A stretch of DNA of 64,000 bases, taken from contig JBHGNT010000004.1 of assembly GCA_043228905.1 (NCBI GenBank), forward strand, positions 11,780,001 through 11,844,000, given 5' to 3'. Under the pieces are notes generated by a model. The model ran no database searches. It was given only the letters and a program-made list of their open reading frames with translations, and had not been told where the DNA came from. The position numbers and the translations under genes were made by a program. This DNA comes from Azolla caroliniana. Lineage: Eukaryota > Plantae > Polypodiophyta. This document shows, in pieces, positions 36,801 through 47,909 of this stretch; within the stretch, counting starts at the first letter, position 1; each line of letters begins with the position of its first letter.

Positions 36801-39024
36801 ATGGAGTCGTGGAACTCCTTCTTGGCGATTCCGAGCACCTCCCGCAACGACAGTTCCACCTTGCTGTCGAGGATTCGTTCTTCCAGGACCTTTCGTAGGT
36901 CCGTGGTCCTTTCGATCTCCGTGCCCAAACGGTATCCGCCCTTCTTGTGGTTATCCCGGGCACTGGACTCACTGGCCTCGTTCCGTTTCGGCCCGAATCG
37001 GGTTTCGTATCTCTGTCAAGGTCCGGCCCCTCCGGTGTTACCTACCCGTTTGTCTTCAACCAGAGCCTCGTAGTTCTGGCAAGCTGCTTCGACGAACCCC
37101 GTCTTTTCTTCGACCGGGTCACTCCACCCAGTTACCTCCTGGACCCGCTTCTCCGCGCGGTCCGCCTCGTCTTTCTTTAGTCGGGCACCGGCGAGGCCTT
37201 CCAGCACCGTCAGCCAGAACCCGGCTTTGCTCTCCTTCCGGGCCTCGCTGCCTCCGACTCGAATGCCGGCTGACGCTGAGTAGTGGACGGTCTCCGCATG
37301 CCGGGCCGCCATCAGCCTTTTCATTCCTCCTCGCCCGTCGTTTCGGTTCAGGGCCCTCCGGGTATCGTTGGCGTGCACCCGACCTTCCCACAGGTACACT
37401 ACCCGGCTTCTCAAAGCCTCCGCAAAGTCCCCGCAGTCTTTCCGGATGTGGCCGACCTCGTCGCACCACATGCACCTATTTCCTGCTGGAGGCCGTCGGT
37501 CACGAGCCTGATCGCCGCCTTCCCTCTGAGCTTGTGCGATTTCGAGATCCTTTACCGCCCGTGTCAACTCCTCCAAAGTTGTCCCCCCGGACGAGCCTCT
37601 AACCACGCCGGTCGAAGCCGAACCGGTTTCGAGCCACTCCCTGGTCTCTTCCCGTCGTGCCTGCAGTATTGGTTCGAGCTTCCTTGCTGCGACAGGACCC
37701 GCCCCGGTCGCCCCTGTATCAGCCCACTCCCACCATTTGTCAAAACGGCCACAGACTCTTTTTACCGCGGCCCAGTTGGCCGTCAGCCCGTCTTCGGTTT
37801 CCAATAAGGAACCCACTTGCTCCCGATCCTGTGCGTCAACCGATTTGACAAACAGTAGGACACGACTTGTGTCCAGAACGGTCCGATCGAGCGCCGAAAG
37901 GCGCGCAAAGCGATCCTCAAACTCCCGGAGGAGTGCCAACGCATTTCTTCCTTTGTTGGGGGACTCCACCCACTCCATGAAGCCTCACTTCGAAAGTCGA
38001 AGCGCGTCATCCAGCCCGTATTTCTCCAGGAGCCGTCCTTCGAACTCCTCCCAGGTCCGGCTCTCCGCCCGGACCTCGAGCACCTCCGCATGGATGCCCG
38101 GCATCGCCACTCGAGGGAATCCGGCAAGACGCCTCTCTTCCAGAATATCCCTCAACAACATCTCAGCCCGGTAGGACGCCAAATAACTCGTGGCATCCTT
38201 TCCACTGAACCGGCCGATCATACCGACGATCGCCTCAATAGCCTTGTCAAGGACGCCGGTGCCCTCGCGCGCGCTCACTATCCGGTCCACGGCCGAAGCC
38301 ATGGCCTCTGCAAGATCCGACCCCCTCATCTTCTGCTCCTCTGCCGCCTTTTTCAAGTCGGGTTCACCAAAGATGTCGCGTTGCTACGCGCGTGCGTGGA
38401 GAAACGAGGCGGGACCACCGGGGTCTTGAACCAAAGAGCGGGTGATAGGAGGGGAAAGAGAAAGGGAGAGAGACGATCGGTAACGTATGAGCAAAGAGAC
38501 GTAGGGGCACGGCCCATCAACGCAGAAAACACGAATGGACACAGAGACAAAGAGACACGAATGTTTGTATATTAACAAATGACACAAAACAACGGAGCAC
38601 GCGAGCGGTTACAACCGAACAGGCCGGCGAACAGATGTTGATGCATGTTCGTCTGCGCACGAAAGGGGATAGGATGGAGGCGCTGCCGGAAGCACACGGG
38701 CGTTCCTCGAAGCAGTGCGAGCCTCCTGAAATCCTGCAGAGAAGAGCGATGGAGAATGAACAGAGGAGAAGTGTTCGGTTACGGTCCGACAGCACTTCGT
38801 CCTCCTTAATGCGCGATCCCTTTCTCCCCGCACCTCCCTCTCTTTTATAGCTTCAAGAAGGGAGTCGTTTCCCTCATTAACTTCCTACCTACCGAATCTA
38901 ACTACCTAGGATATCTCTTTGTACCTAATCCTCTATTATATACATTAAAGGGCGCGCACGCGTGAAGAGCCGGTTCGCGCGCGCTATGCACCGATTGCGC
39001 TAAGGGACGGTTTTCTTCACGACA
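33859..39024 (-). mobile_element. Gypsy G1b: LTRs 38374-39024 and 33859-34492, Trp PBS, gag 38356-37016, PR and most of RT deleted at ~36780, RH-INT
   Basis: Inverted homology to G1a; junction DLVKRK|RLEDTRLTFSGEK; PPT at 34493-34509. Confidence 0.93.
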
Positions 39025-40601
39025 ACATCCCGACAATCACAAAGAACTTGGTGTCGGTGGGGCAGATCGTCGACCAGGGGATGTAGGTTTGGTTTACGCA
39101 TCTCGGGTGCTTCATCGAGGAAGAAGGCCGAGTTATTGCGCAAGGGCGGAGAGACGGGAGGATGTTTATCCTCGACTCTAGAGACGGTGGCACCACAATA
39201 TTCGCAAAGGGAAAAAAAGTTGAGTCGAATATCGACTTATGGCACAAGTGAATTGGCCACGTCAACTATCAACGGCTTCAGGACCTACAATCGAAACAGG
39301 TGGTGTTCGGATTGTCCAAATTTAGTGGTCGGAAGGCACAAATTTGTGAATCCTGCTAGTTAGGGAAGCAACACCGACTTCCTTTCCCAAACGAGCATAA
39401 CCGGAGCCGGAACAAGCTCGACTTGATACATTCCGATGTATGCGGGCCGGCATAGAACGTTAGTCTTGGCGGGAGTCGATATTTCGTCTCTTTCATCGAC
39501 GACTATACGTGGCACATGTGGATCTACCTCATCGAGAAGAAGAGTGAAGTCTTCGACTGTTTTCGGGTCCTCAAAGGGTTCTTGGAAACGGAAATAGGAC
39601 AAAAGATCAAGTGCCTGTGGTCAGATGGTGGAAAAGAGTACTTTTCCGGTCAATTCAATGGCTATCTGCAACAGATGGGAATTCAATGCGAATTCAATTG
39701 CAGATACATGCCGGAGCAAAACGGCGTAGCCCAGAGGAAAAATCGGTCGATTGTGGAAGCGGCACGGGCAATGCTGGAGGAAAAGAGCTTGCCCAAGTTC
39801 TATTGGGACGAGGCAGTACGAACCGTTGTATACATTCAGAATCGGATCGGAGAAAAAGTGTCGGCGCATGAGTTGTATTTCGGAAGGAAGCCGAATCTAC
39901 GACACCTGAGAGTTTTCGGTAGCATTGCGTATGTGCATGTGCCGAAAGAGAAACGGAGTAAGCTGGATGCAAAAGCCAAGAAGTGTATCTTGGTCGGCTA
40001 CTCAGATGAGCAGAAGGGTTATAAGTGTTATAACCCTCACACCAAACAAGCTCGTGTGAGCCGTGACGTTGTGTTTGACGAGTCCGCGTCCTAGTACTTG
40101 CCTCCGACTACAGACCTTACCTCCAATCCGAGTTCTGACGATGAGGTCAACGAGGCCGAGATGCCTCCGGATGAGCCTGAAATCGGGACCCGTGAAGAAA
40201 GTCTGATTTCGTTTCGGTTAAGCAGACCGGATGGACAATTGAGTCGGTTCAACCAGTCTGATGAAGGGTCGGCGAGTAGTGGAAACTCGGTCGTGCATTC
40301 CCTACATAGGAAGCCGAGGAGACGGCTTACGTGGAAGGAAAAAGGGAAGAATAAAGTGTCGGATTACGGCACGGATAGGAACGAGTCAGATCGACGTGAG
40401 TCCAACTCCGAGGGAAGTGACGACGGGTCTTTGGGAGCGAAGTCCGCGTCGGCCAAGAAAGCCTCAACTTCGGCTAATGAACAATTACGTCGATCCACCC
40501 ACCAGAAGAATCCTGTTGTGCAGTTTGGTTACAACAAGTACATGGCGCATCACTATGCATACATGACGCATGTAGCGGAAGTGCATGAGATTCAGAAGCG
40601 G

Positions 40602-43600
40602 TGTTGTACGTTTTAGGGTTAGGGTCAAGGATGATAATCATGATAAAGATGATTGATGATGAAGATAGACATTGTGTAATGGTGGAGATGACGGGCATGA
40701 TGATGAGAGATCGTATAGAGAAGCATAGAGAAGCATTGCGGGGTGGGGGGTGGTGCCTAGAATGGCTCCACCCCCCTCCCAAGGGGATTCAACGTTGAGG
40801 GGGAGAGAGAGAGAGAAAGAGGGATGACAAGAGAGAGATTAGGAGAGAAAATGGTTCATTCTTCATTCATTCCCCATAAGGGGTTAAATAGTACAAGAGG
40901 GGGTAGTTACAAAGGGGTGTAAGCCCCATAGAGCATTCATACTGGACACTCACTCACACCTCATCGTATCCCTCCACATGCACACACGTGTGCATGTGTT
41001 CACATACATATCAACTCACAATTACATTTATGTTCCCTACACATATACAACATCATCATGATAATATTCGACCCTCGCTCATCACACTTGACTCTCCGTA
41101 CAACTCGTACGGGGTAACACATATGGCACGCCCGTGGGAAAGTGCGTTGCACGTCGATCCCACATGCCTTGATGATGATATTTCTTCGACCGGAACTTCC
41201 ATCGGTCCTTTCAACGATCGACTCCCTCGATCGGAGTGCTTGACTCGACCATCTTTGTTGGTCAGCAAATCTTCCGCGACACGAACATTCTCGTTCTGTC
41301 GACTTACGAACTTCGTCATGGGTCCAAAAATGTTGTGTGTATGTGTATCTTCCTTTAATTTTGTGTGAGTTGTCGTTGTTGATCACATCCATTTCTCTAG
41401 GTGGATGAGTTTTTACAATTTCGTCGGTGCCCTCAAGTTTTAAAATTTTTATTACATACCCTCGAATTTTGACAATTTCATTCAGTACCCTCAGGGTTTC
41501 AATATTTGTTACATGCCCCCCCCCTCTCTTTTTGTGTTTTCTTTCTTGCTTTTTCTTCTTCCTCTCTTGTTTCTTCTTATTCTTGTTTTCTGTTTGCGTT
41601 TTCTCTCTCTTATCGTTGTCTGTTTCTTCTTCTTCTTTTCTGATTCTGTTTCATCTTTCTCTTCTTTTTATCTTCATCCTCTCTTCTCGTTTTTCTTCCT
41701 TCTTTCACCACCGCTATGCTATGTCCATTGTCCGTGGCTGTCACGCTCTGCTTTTGTGTGTCGTTGTGTGTTTGTACGGCCTTCTCTGTTCATCTCCGTC
41801 TCGGTCTCTGTTTTTTTTTTTTCTGTTTCCGTCTCTGGGTCCATCGCCGTTGCCATCGGTGTCCTCCGATGCTCGGACTTGGCTGTCCAGCCGCCGCTTT
41901 CCGTTCCTGTTCTGCCATCGTTTGGCGTCATTGTCGTCTCTGTCGGCCCTGTCCGGCCATTCTATGGTCTGCCATCTCTGTCCAGATGTCTCTATTCTTT
42001 ACGACCATCGGTTGTCTGGCCGCCAACACCTCTTGTGCTTCTTCTTTTCCTTCCCTTCCTTCTTCTCTTCTTCATCTTCTTCTTCTCTTTCATCATTGTC
42101 GATTGTATGTTCGTTTGTTGGCCGCCACTGTTCGGCCGCAATCGGGGCACTGCTCCAACTATCGTTGTTCGGCCGCTTCGTCCCTGTCTCCCTCACTGTT
42201 GTGGTCGGTCGTCCCTTCGTCTTTCCGGTCGTTTTTGTCGTTTGTCCGGTTGTCCGGTCCGTTCTGGTCATTGCTTTGTCACTGTGCCGACCGTTACCAC
42301 TCTGGTTGTCTCTCCATCTCTGCAACCGTCCCGTCATCTTCCGTCTTCATCACCGTTCTCCGTTCGGTCGTTGGCTTTCCGGTCGTTTCTATCGCCATTC
42401 GTCCTTCACTCGAGTTGTTCGGTCTTGTCCGGCGCCTTTCCATCCAGCCCTGTTTCCGTTTCTGTTGTCGTCTCTGCCGGTTCGTCATAGTCCAACCTCG
42501 TCCGTCGCTTGCCCGCTCTGCACACAATCTGGCCGCTGCTCTTCGGCCACTCTTTGACTGTTGTGTAGGGTTTCGGGTTGCCATTCGCCGCCGCTGTCCG
42601 GCCTCTGCCGTATAGCGTCGTCGTCGTTCGGCCATTTGTCCCGCTGTTCGACCTAGGGTTTGCTCATGGCTTTTGGGGTCTCTGGCCCTTTCCGTCTCTG
42701 TCCGGCTGTATCTCCGACAGAAACCGTTTTCATCTCTCGTTGTCTTCGTCTGGCGCCCTGAGCCTTTTGTCCGTCAATGTTGTTGTCGAGTCACCCTCGT
42801 TGGTCCTGCTGTCTTTGCATGTGTGTGTTTGTTGTGATGTCCCTTTTTCTGGTTGTCGATGTTTGGTCCACGTCTGCATCTTCTTCTCTGTCTTCGATGC
42901 CCCTTCGGTGATAACCAACTTTGGTTCTTGTTCCGATTCCGGTTCCACTCTCTTTGCGTTGTTTCTTCTGGAACCATAGCCCATGCATTCGCAGCACATC
43001 CTGCCGGCCTCCGCTCCACACACTGCGTCTTCCACCGCAGTCTTCAGGTGGGCTTCTCTTACCGGTCGTGCTGGCACCGGTTCCCTCTGCGTCGCTGTTT
43101 TTCCAACCGTGCATCTTGCACCACGCATTCGAACACGCACATTGTCACTAACCGCATTCGGAAACACGTACATGGACACCAATCACAACCTTGCACAAAC
43201 ATCGTTTCCATTCATGAATTCTTTCATCGCATTGTCATTTCCTGCACTCACACAAATATGTCGCTATGGCCTTCGCTATGGCCTTCATCACCGCGTATCA
43301 TTCTTTGACTCCGTTTCCAAAGGGGGGTCGCCGTAGTGGTCGCCAAAAGGTGTTGTACGTTTTAGGGTTAGGGTCAAGGATGATAATCATGATAAAGATG
43401 ATTGATGATGAAGATAGACATTGTGTAATGGTGGAGATGACGGGCATGATGATGAGAGATCGTATAGAGAAGCATAGAGAAGCATTGCGGGGTGGGGGGT
43501 GGTGCCTAGAATGGCTCCACCCCCCTCCCAAGGGGATTCAACGTTGAGGGGGAGAGAGAGAGAGAAAGAGGGATGACAAGAGAGAGATTAGGAGAGAAAA

Positions 43601-43868
43601 TGGTTCATTCTTCATTCATTCCCCATAAGGGGTTAAATAGTACAAGAGGGGGTAGTTACAAAGGGGTGTAAGCCCCATAGAGCATTCATACTGGACACTC
43701 ACTCACACCTCATCGTATCCCTCCACATGCACACACGTGTGCATGTGTTCACATACATATCAACTCACAATTACATTTATGTTCCCTACACATATACAAC
43801 ATCATCATGATAATATTCGACCCTCGCTCATCACACTTGACTCTCCGTACAACTCGTACGGGGTAACA
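40602..43868 (-). mobile_element. Non-coding (LARD-like) LTR element H; 518-bp LTRs at 40602-41119 and 43351-43868; TSD AGCGG
   Basis: AGCGG at 40597-40601 and 43869-43873; LTRs look identical; minus orientation inferred from TATA-like CTATTTAA (40884-40891) followed by a CT-rich tract, and from PBS-like TGGCGACCAC (43345-43336). Confidence 0.88.
41124..41168 (-). other. Structured tRNA-Arg-3'-half-like motif at the PPT position of H
   Basis: Minus strand GGCATGTGGGATCGAC-GTGCAACGCAC-TTTCCCACGGGCGTGCCA, 4 nt before the LTR TG. Confidence 0.8.
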
Positions 43869-44552
43869 AGCGGCGAAGGACGCGAATTGGCGTGCCGCAA
43901 TGGAGGAAGAGATGCACGCATTGGCAGAGAATGAAACCTGGGACCTGGTTGACGCACCGAAAGGTGTGAAGCTGATCGGATGTAGGTGGGTGTACAAGGT
44001 CAAGTACAACACTGATGGCTCGGTCAACCAATACAAGGCCCGGTTAGTAGCGAAAGGCTATGCATAGAAACACGACATCGACTATGATGAGACGTTTGCG
44101 CTGTCGCGAAGATTCGCGCGTGCGTGTGCTACTCGAGCAACCACCGGGGTCTTGGACTGGGGAGGACGTTCGCGGAATTATCGAAGAGATGACGATCAAT
44201 GTAAGATTAGATGAAATTGGTTTACTTGAGAAGAAGAAAAATTGTACACTTGAGAAGTAGAAAAATATGAAGAAGATAAAGACAAATATAATTTATATTG
44301 ATGATAATGGTGTTGGTGATATCACATATTGAGCCCCCCTTACACAAGTCCAACTAGAGGCTTTTATAGGTCTTTCCATGCTCGTGACATGCACATAACC
44401 ATGGGCTAAAACCATGGTTTTGTGCACACGATTTTGCTTATGTCATGCACAAACCATGGGTTTAAAACCATGGTTTTGTGAACATGGTTTTCTATGGTTG
44501 TTTCATCTATAATTTGTATATGAAAAGGAAATACATAAAATATGCACTATAT

Positions 44553-44625
44553 GATAGTTGTCCTAGTGGTAAGGCAATTATCTTGTATCTTAGAGGTGCA
44601 AGGTTCAATCCTTGCTTGCACCCCT
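44553..44625 (+). promoter_or_regulatory. tRNA-derived Pol III-like module (A and B boxes) within the G2a LTR
   Basis: A-box-like TGTCCTAGTGG at 44559-44569; B-box GGTTCAATCC at 44602-44611 inside a GCAAGG/CCTTGC stem. Confidence 0.6.
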
Positions 44626-46001
44626 CTGTATGAACTCAAGTGCCACTAGGCCTTAGGAGGCTTATTTGCTAAGTGTATGTGCAATGTTGCACATCCTTGG
44701 TTTATTCGTCTCACTCGGTTTCACACCGTAACCGAAAATCGTCACGACATCCACCCCCACCAAACCCGCACATCCTCCGGTATGTGCCGAGAAAGGTGAA
44801 GAGGTGAGATCTTTTGCAATGGTGATCAACCGAGTTCCTCCGCACGCTCGTCGTCCTCGTCTGACTTCATCTTCCACTTCGAGTATGCGCAATCTTTCCA
44901 ACCGAACCACCGTAGCCACCCGATCCACCATATCCGGCGCTCACACCTTCTTCCTCGATCGGTTGTAGTAGATCTACCGAACGATGTCGTCGATACGACC
45001 GCTCTTCCTTCATCCACCGCGCTTGTCCTTCAATTGGGTTCCTGGCCACTCCTCACGCTCACCGTCTTCAACCGGGTGTTGTGGATCGTTTGTGTCCATC
45101 TTTGATTTTGCCAGGTTTGCCCCTCTCCGGATCGGTCTCCGCCGATCGCTTCTTGGCTCGGTTGGCCTTCGTCTACATTCGCATTTCCCCGAGTCGGGCT
45201 CGACCGATTGATTCTGGCTGGGTCGACCCCCTTTTGGATTGGAATCGTTCGATCGATTTTCGCCGAATCAGGTTTCAGCCGGGTCGGCCCCGGTCGATCG
45301 GCTCCCATGTGGATCTTCCTTCGTTCGGGCCGGAATCTCGGCCGGATCGTCTTCCGGTTCGACCGGTTCTCGACTCTTCCTTCCTTCCCGCATGTAACCT
45401 CTCCATCGAACTCAACCGCGGCTTCATCCTTGGCCTACTCGTCGGCCATATCCTTCCCTCCGTGTATGCTCGCCGCGAGCCATATTGTCTCCTCTTCGCA
45501 GCCTCCTTTATCTTCGGTCTTATGCCGACACACGGTCTCGACTGCCGAAGTCTCCGGAACCGGTGTGAAGGAATCCCTTCGCTCATGCACATTTAACTTG
45601 TCTTCTTCATCTCCCTTCCGGTCGTCCTCTTTTTTGTCCACACATTCCGTCTCTTCGGTCTCATGTTGGCGCACGTGCACAACCGCCGAAGTCTCTAGAA
45701 TAGGTGTGGGGATATCCTTTCTTCCTCGATCTTCTTCCTCCTTGTGTTGGGCCTTCGTCTTCCCGTCACCACCTTCCGTCTCTCCGGTCTCACGTTGGCA
45801 CATGGGCACAACCGCCGAAGTCTCTGGAACAAGCGTGAAGAAAGTGTCGACATGGCTATCCGTCGTCAACTCATCCATAGCCACCTCCGACTCGATGTCG
45901 TTTGTCATGGCTACCTCCTCAATCACGTCGGACTCAAACACTTTATCTCCCTCGATCATGCAAGATTTTCTAATGCTTGTGCCTTCATCACCCGATGTTT
46001 C

Positions 46002-46946
46002 TTACACAATGCGTGTTCCGAAACATTTATCCTCCCTCGAAGTGGCGTTCGTCATCCTCGAGTCATCGGCCTCCTCCTTCGCCGTCATTTCTTTGTAAGA
46101 CAAGAAGGTGACTTGTTTCACACCTTCTCTCTCGGTACCGTCATACCGAACCAGAGCCTTGGTATCGGCCACTTCATTAACCCGCATTTGTTGGGAGGTC
46201 TCTTCTTCCTCGATCACCATTCGCCTCGGTTTTGTCTCCCTTTTAAGCTTCATTTCTTTTGTTGGTGGCGCGTTGTTGCATCTCGTCCCTCTTCGATCGT
46301 CCCTCATGGGCCGTCTTGTTGTTGTCGATATTCTCGCTTTCCCCTTATCGTGTAGTCGGCATACACTTTCCACTTTGCTCCAATCCTCGATGAGGCCATT
46401 TGCACCATCATCTTCTTCGAGTTTGAGACCGATCGCCATCCTTTCCATTCGATCGATTGACTTCACGAACATAAGGACCTTATCGACCCCCACCAATCTT
46501 TGTTCCCGCTCCGACAATTGAGAAAAATGATGCTCGAAGCCTACGAATGCTTGTGTCGCGCCTTGGTGGGTCTTCGCTAATGTCACCCATTGGTCGAAGT
46601 TGCGTCGATCTTGTCCCTTTAGTCTCTCATAGTCATATTCCTCCAATAGAGACTTCTCGAAAGTCGCCCACGAATCATGAGCTTCTAGAAGCTCTTTTAC
46701 ATCTTTGAAGATCGGTTGAGACACCACCCGACAAAAGTACTCTAGCCTCATAGCTTTGTCCACACCTCTTGAATCCATCTCCGCATTGTAGACTTTTAGG
46801 AAACTTTGGACTTCGGCACCGTTGAAATAGCTCATTCGTTCGACTACCTTGTCGACGGCTTGTTGGGCTTCATTTCTTCTTTTCCCTTCTCTCAGAAACT
46901 CCATCATCCTTTTTGACATTGCCTCCATGAGATATTCGCCATCCAT
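46002..46946 (-). CDS. G2a Gag-like protein (314 aa), followed by acidic repeat ORF 45435..45959
   Basis: Starts just after the PBS; aligns with G1 gag (FNG..V..FL..Y.AEM, VLMFVKSID, LE.DDG.NGL..DW..V). Confidence 0.8.
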   Translation of the reverse strand: MDGEYLMEAMSKRMMEFLREGKRRNEAQQAVDKVVERMSYFNGAEVQSFLKVYNAEMDSRGVDKAMRLEYFCRVVSQPIFKDVKELLEAHDSWATFEKSLLEEYDYERLKGQDRRNFDQWVTLAKTHQGATQAFVGFEHHFSQLSEREQRLVGVDKVLMFVKSIDRMERMAIGLKLEEDDGANGLIEDWSKVESVCRLHDKGKARISTTTRRPMRDDRRGTRCNNAPPTKEMKLKRETKPRRMVIEEEETSQQMRVNEVADTKALVRYDGTEREGVKQVTFLSYKEMTAKEEADDSRMTNATSREDKCFGTRIV

Positions 46947-47909
46947 CTTCGTCCTCCCCTGCTGCTCTTCACGTCGGGTTCACCAAATGATGTCGTGAAG
47001 ATTCGCGCGTGCGTGTGCTACTCGAGCGACCACCGGGGTCTTGGACTGGGGAGGATGTTCGCAGAATTATCGAAGAGATGACGATCAATGTAAGATTAGA
47101 TGAAATTGGTTTACTTGAGAAGAAGAAAAATTGTACACTTGAGAAGTAGAAAAATATGAAGAAGATAAAGACAAATATAATTTATATTGATGATAATGGT
47201 GTTGGTGATATCACATATTGAGCCCCCCTTACACAAGCCCAACTAGAGGCTTTTATAGGTCTTTCCATGCTCGTGACATGCACATAACCATGGGCTAAAA
47301 CCATGGTTTTGTGCACACGGTTTTGCTTATGTCATGCACAAACCATGGGTTCAATCCTTGCTTGCACCCCTCTGTATGAACTCAAGTGCCACTAGGCCTT
47401 AGGAGGCTTATTTGCTAAGTGTATGTGCAATGTTGCACATCCTTGGTTTATTCGTCTCACTCGATTTCACACCGTAGCCGAAAATCGTCACGACAGCGCC
47501 GGTCGCGAAGATGACGACCGTCCGTGTTTTGCTTGCGGTCGCTGCGGCAAAGGGGTGGCACTTACATCAGATGGATGTAAGGAATGCGTTCTTGCAAGAT
47601 GAGCTTGAGGAATAGGTGTACATGGTACAACCCCCCGGATTTTACTCCAGAACGAACACCTCGGCGGTATGCCAATTGAAGAAGTCCCTTTACGGACTAA
47701 AGCAAGCCCCACATGCCTGGAACGCGAAGATCACGCAACGATTACGTCAGTTGGGCTTTGTGACATCAAAATTGGACTCCTCACTATTCACCCGGAAATG
47801 TTGACTCGGGCCTGTTAGTATTTTACTTTATGTTGATGACTTGGTCGTCACCGGCGCCGACCTTGGTGAAATTGACCGCGTAAAGCTCTAGCTTGCAGCG
47901 TCATTTGAC

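Larger units (their letters stand above)
44102..47495 (-). mobile_element. Gag-only non-autonomous gypsy G2a; LTRs 46991-47495 and 44102-44749
   Basis: Trp PBS at 46968-46985; PPT at 44750-44766; GCGC duplicated at both ends; no PR, RT or INT motifs. Confidence 0.88.

Noticed and set aside
41427-42615. Hydrophobic ORFs (376, 325 and 299 aa) as an env or membrane protein
   Set aside because: Three overlapping ORFs stay open because the strand is A-poor; the F/S/L/V/C content mirrors CT-rich composition and there are no motifs.
44553-44625. Functional tRNA gene
   Set aside because: Acceptor and anticodon stems do not pair convincingly; kept only as a tRNA-derived module.
45081-46521. Plus-strand ORFs of 137-296 aa
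   Set aside because: Antisense shadows of the minus-strand gag and acidic repeat region.
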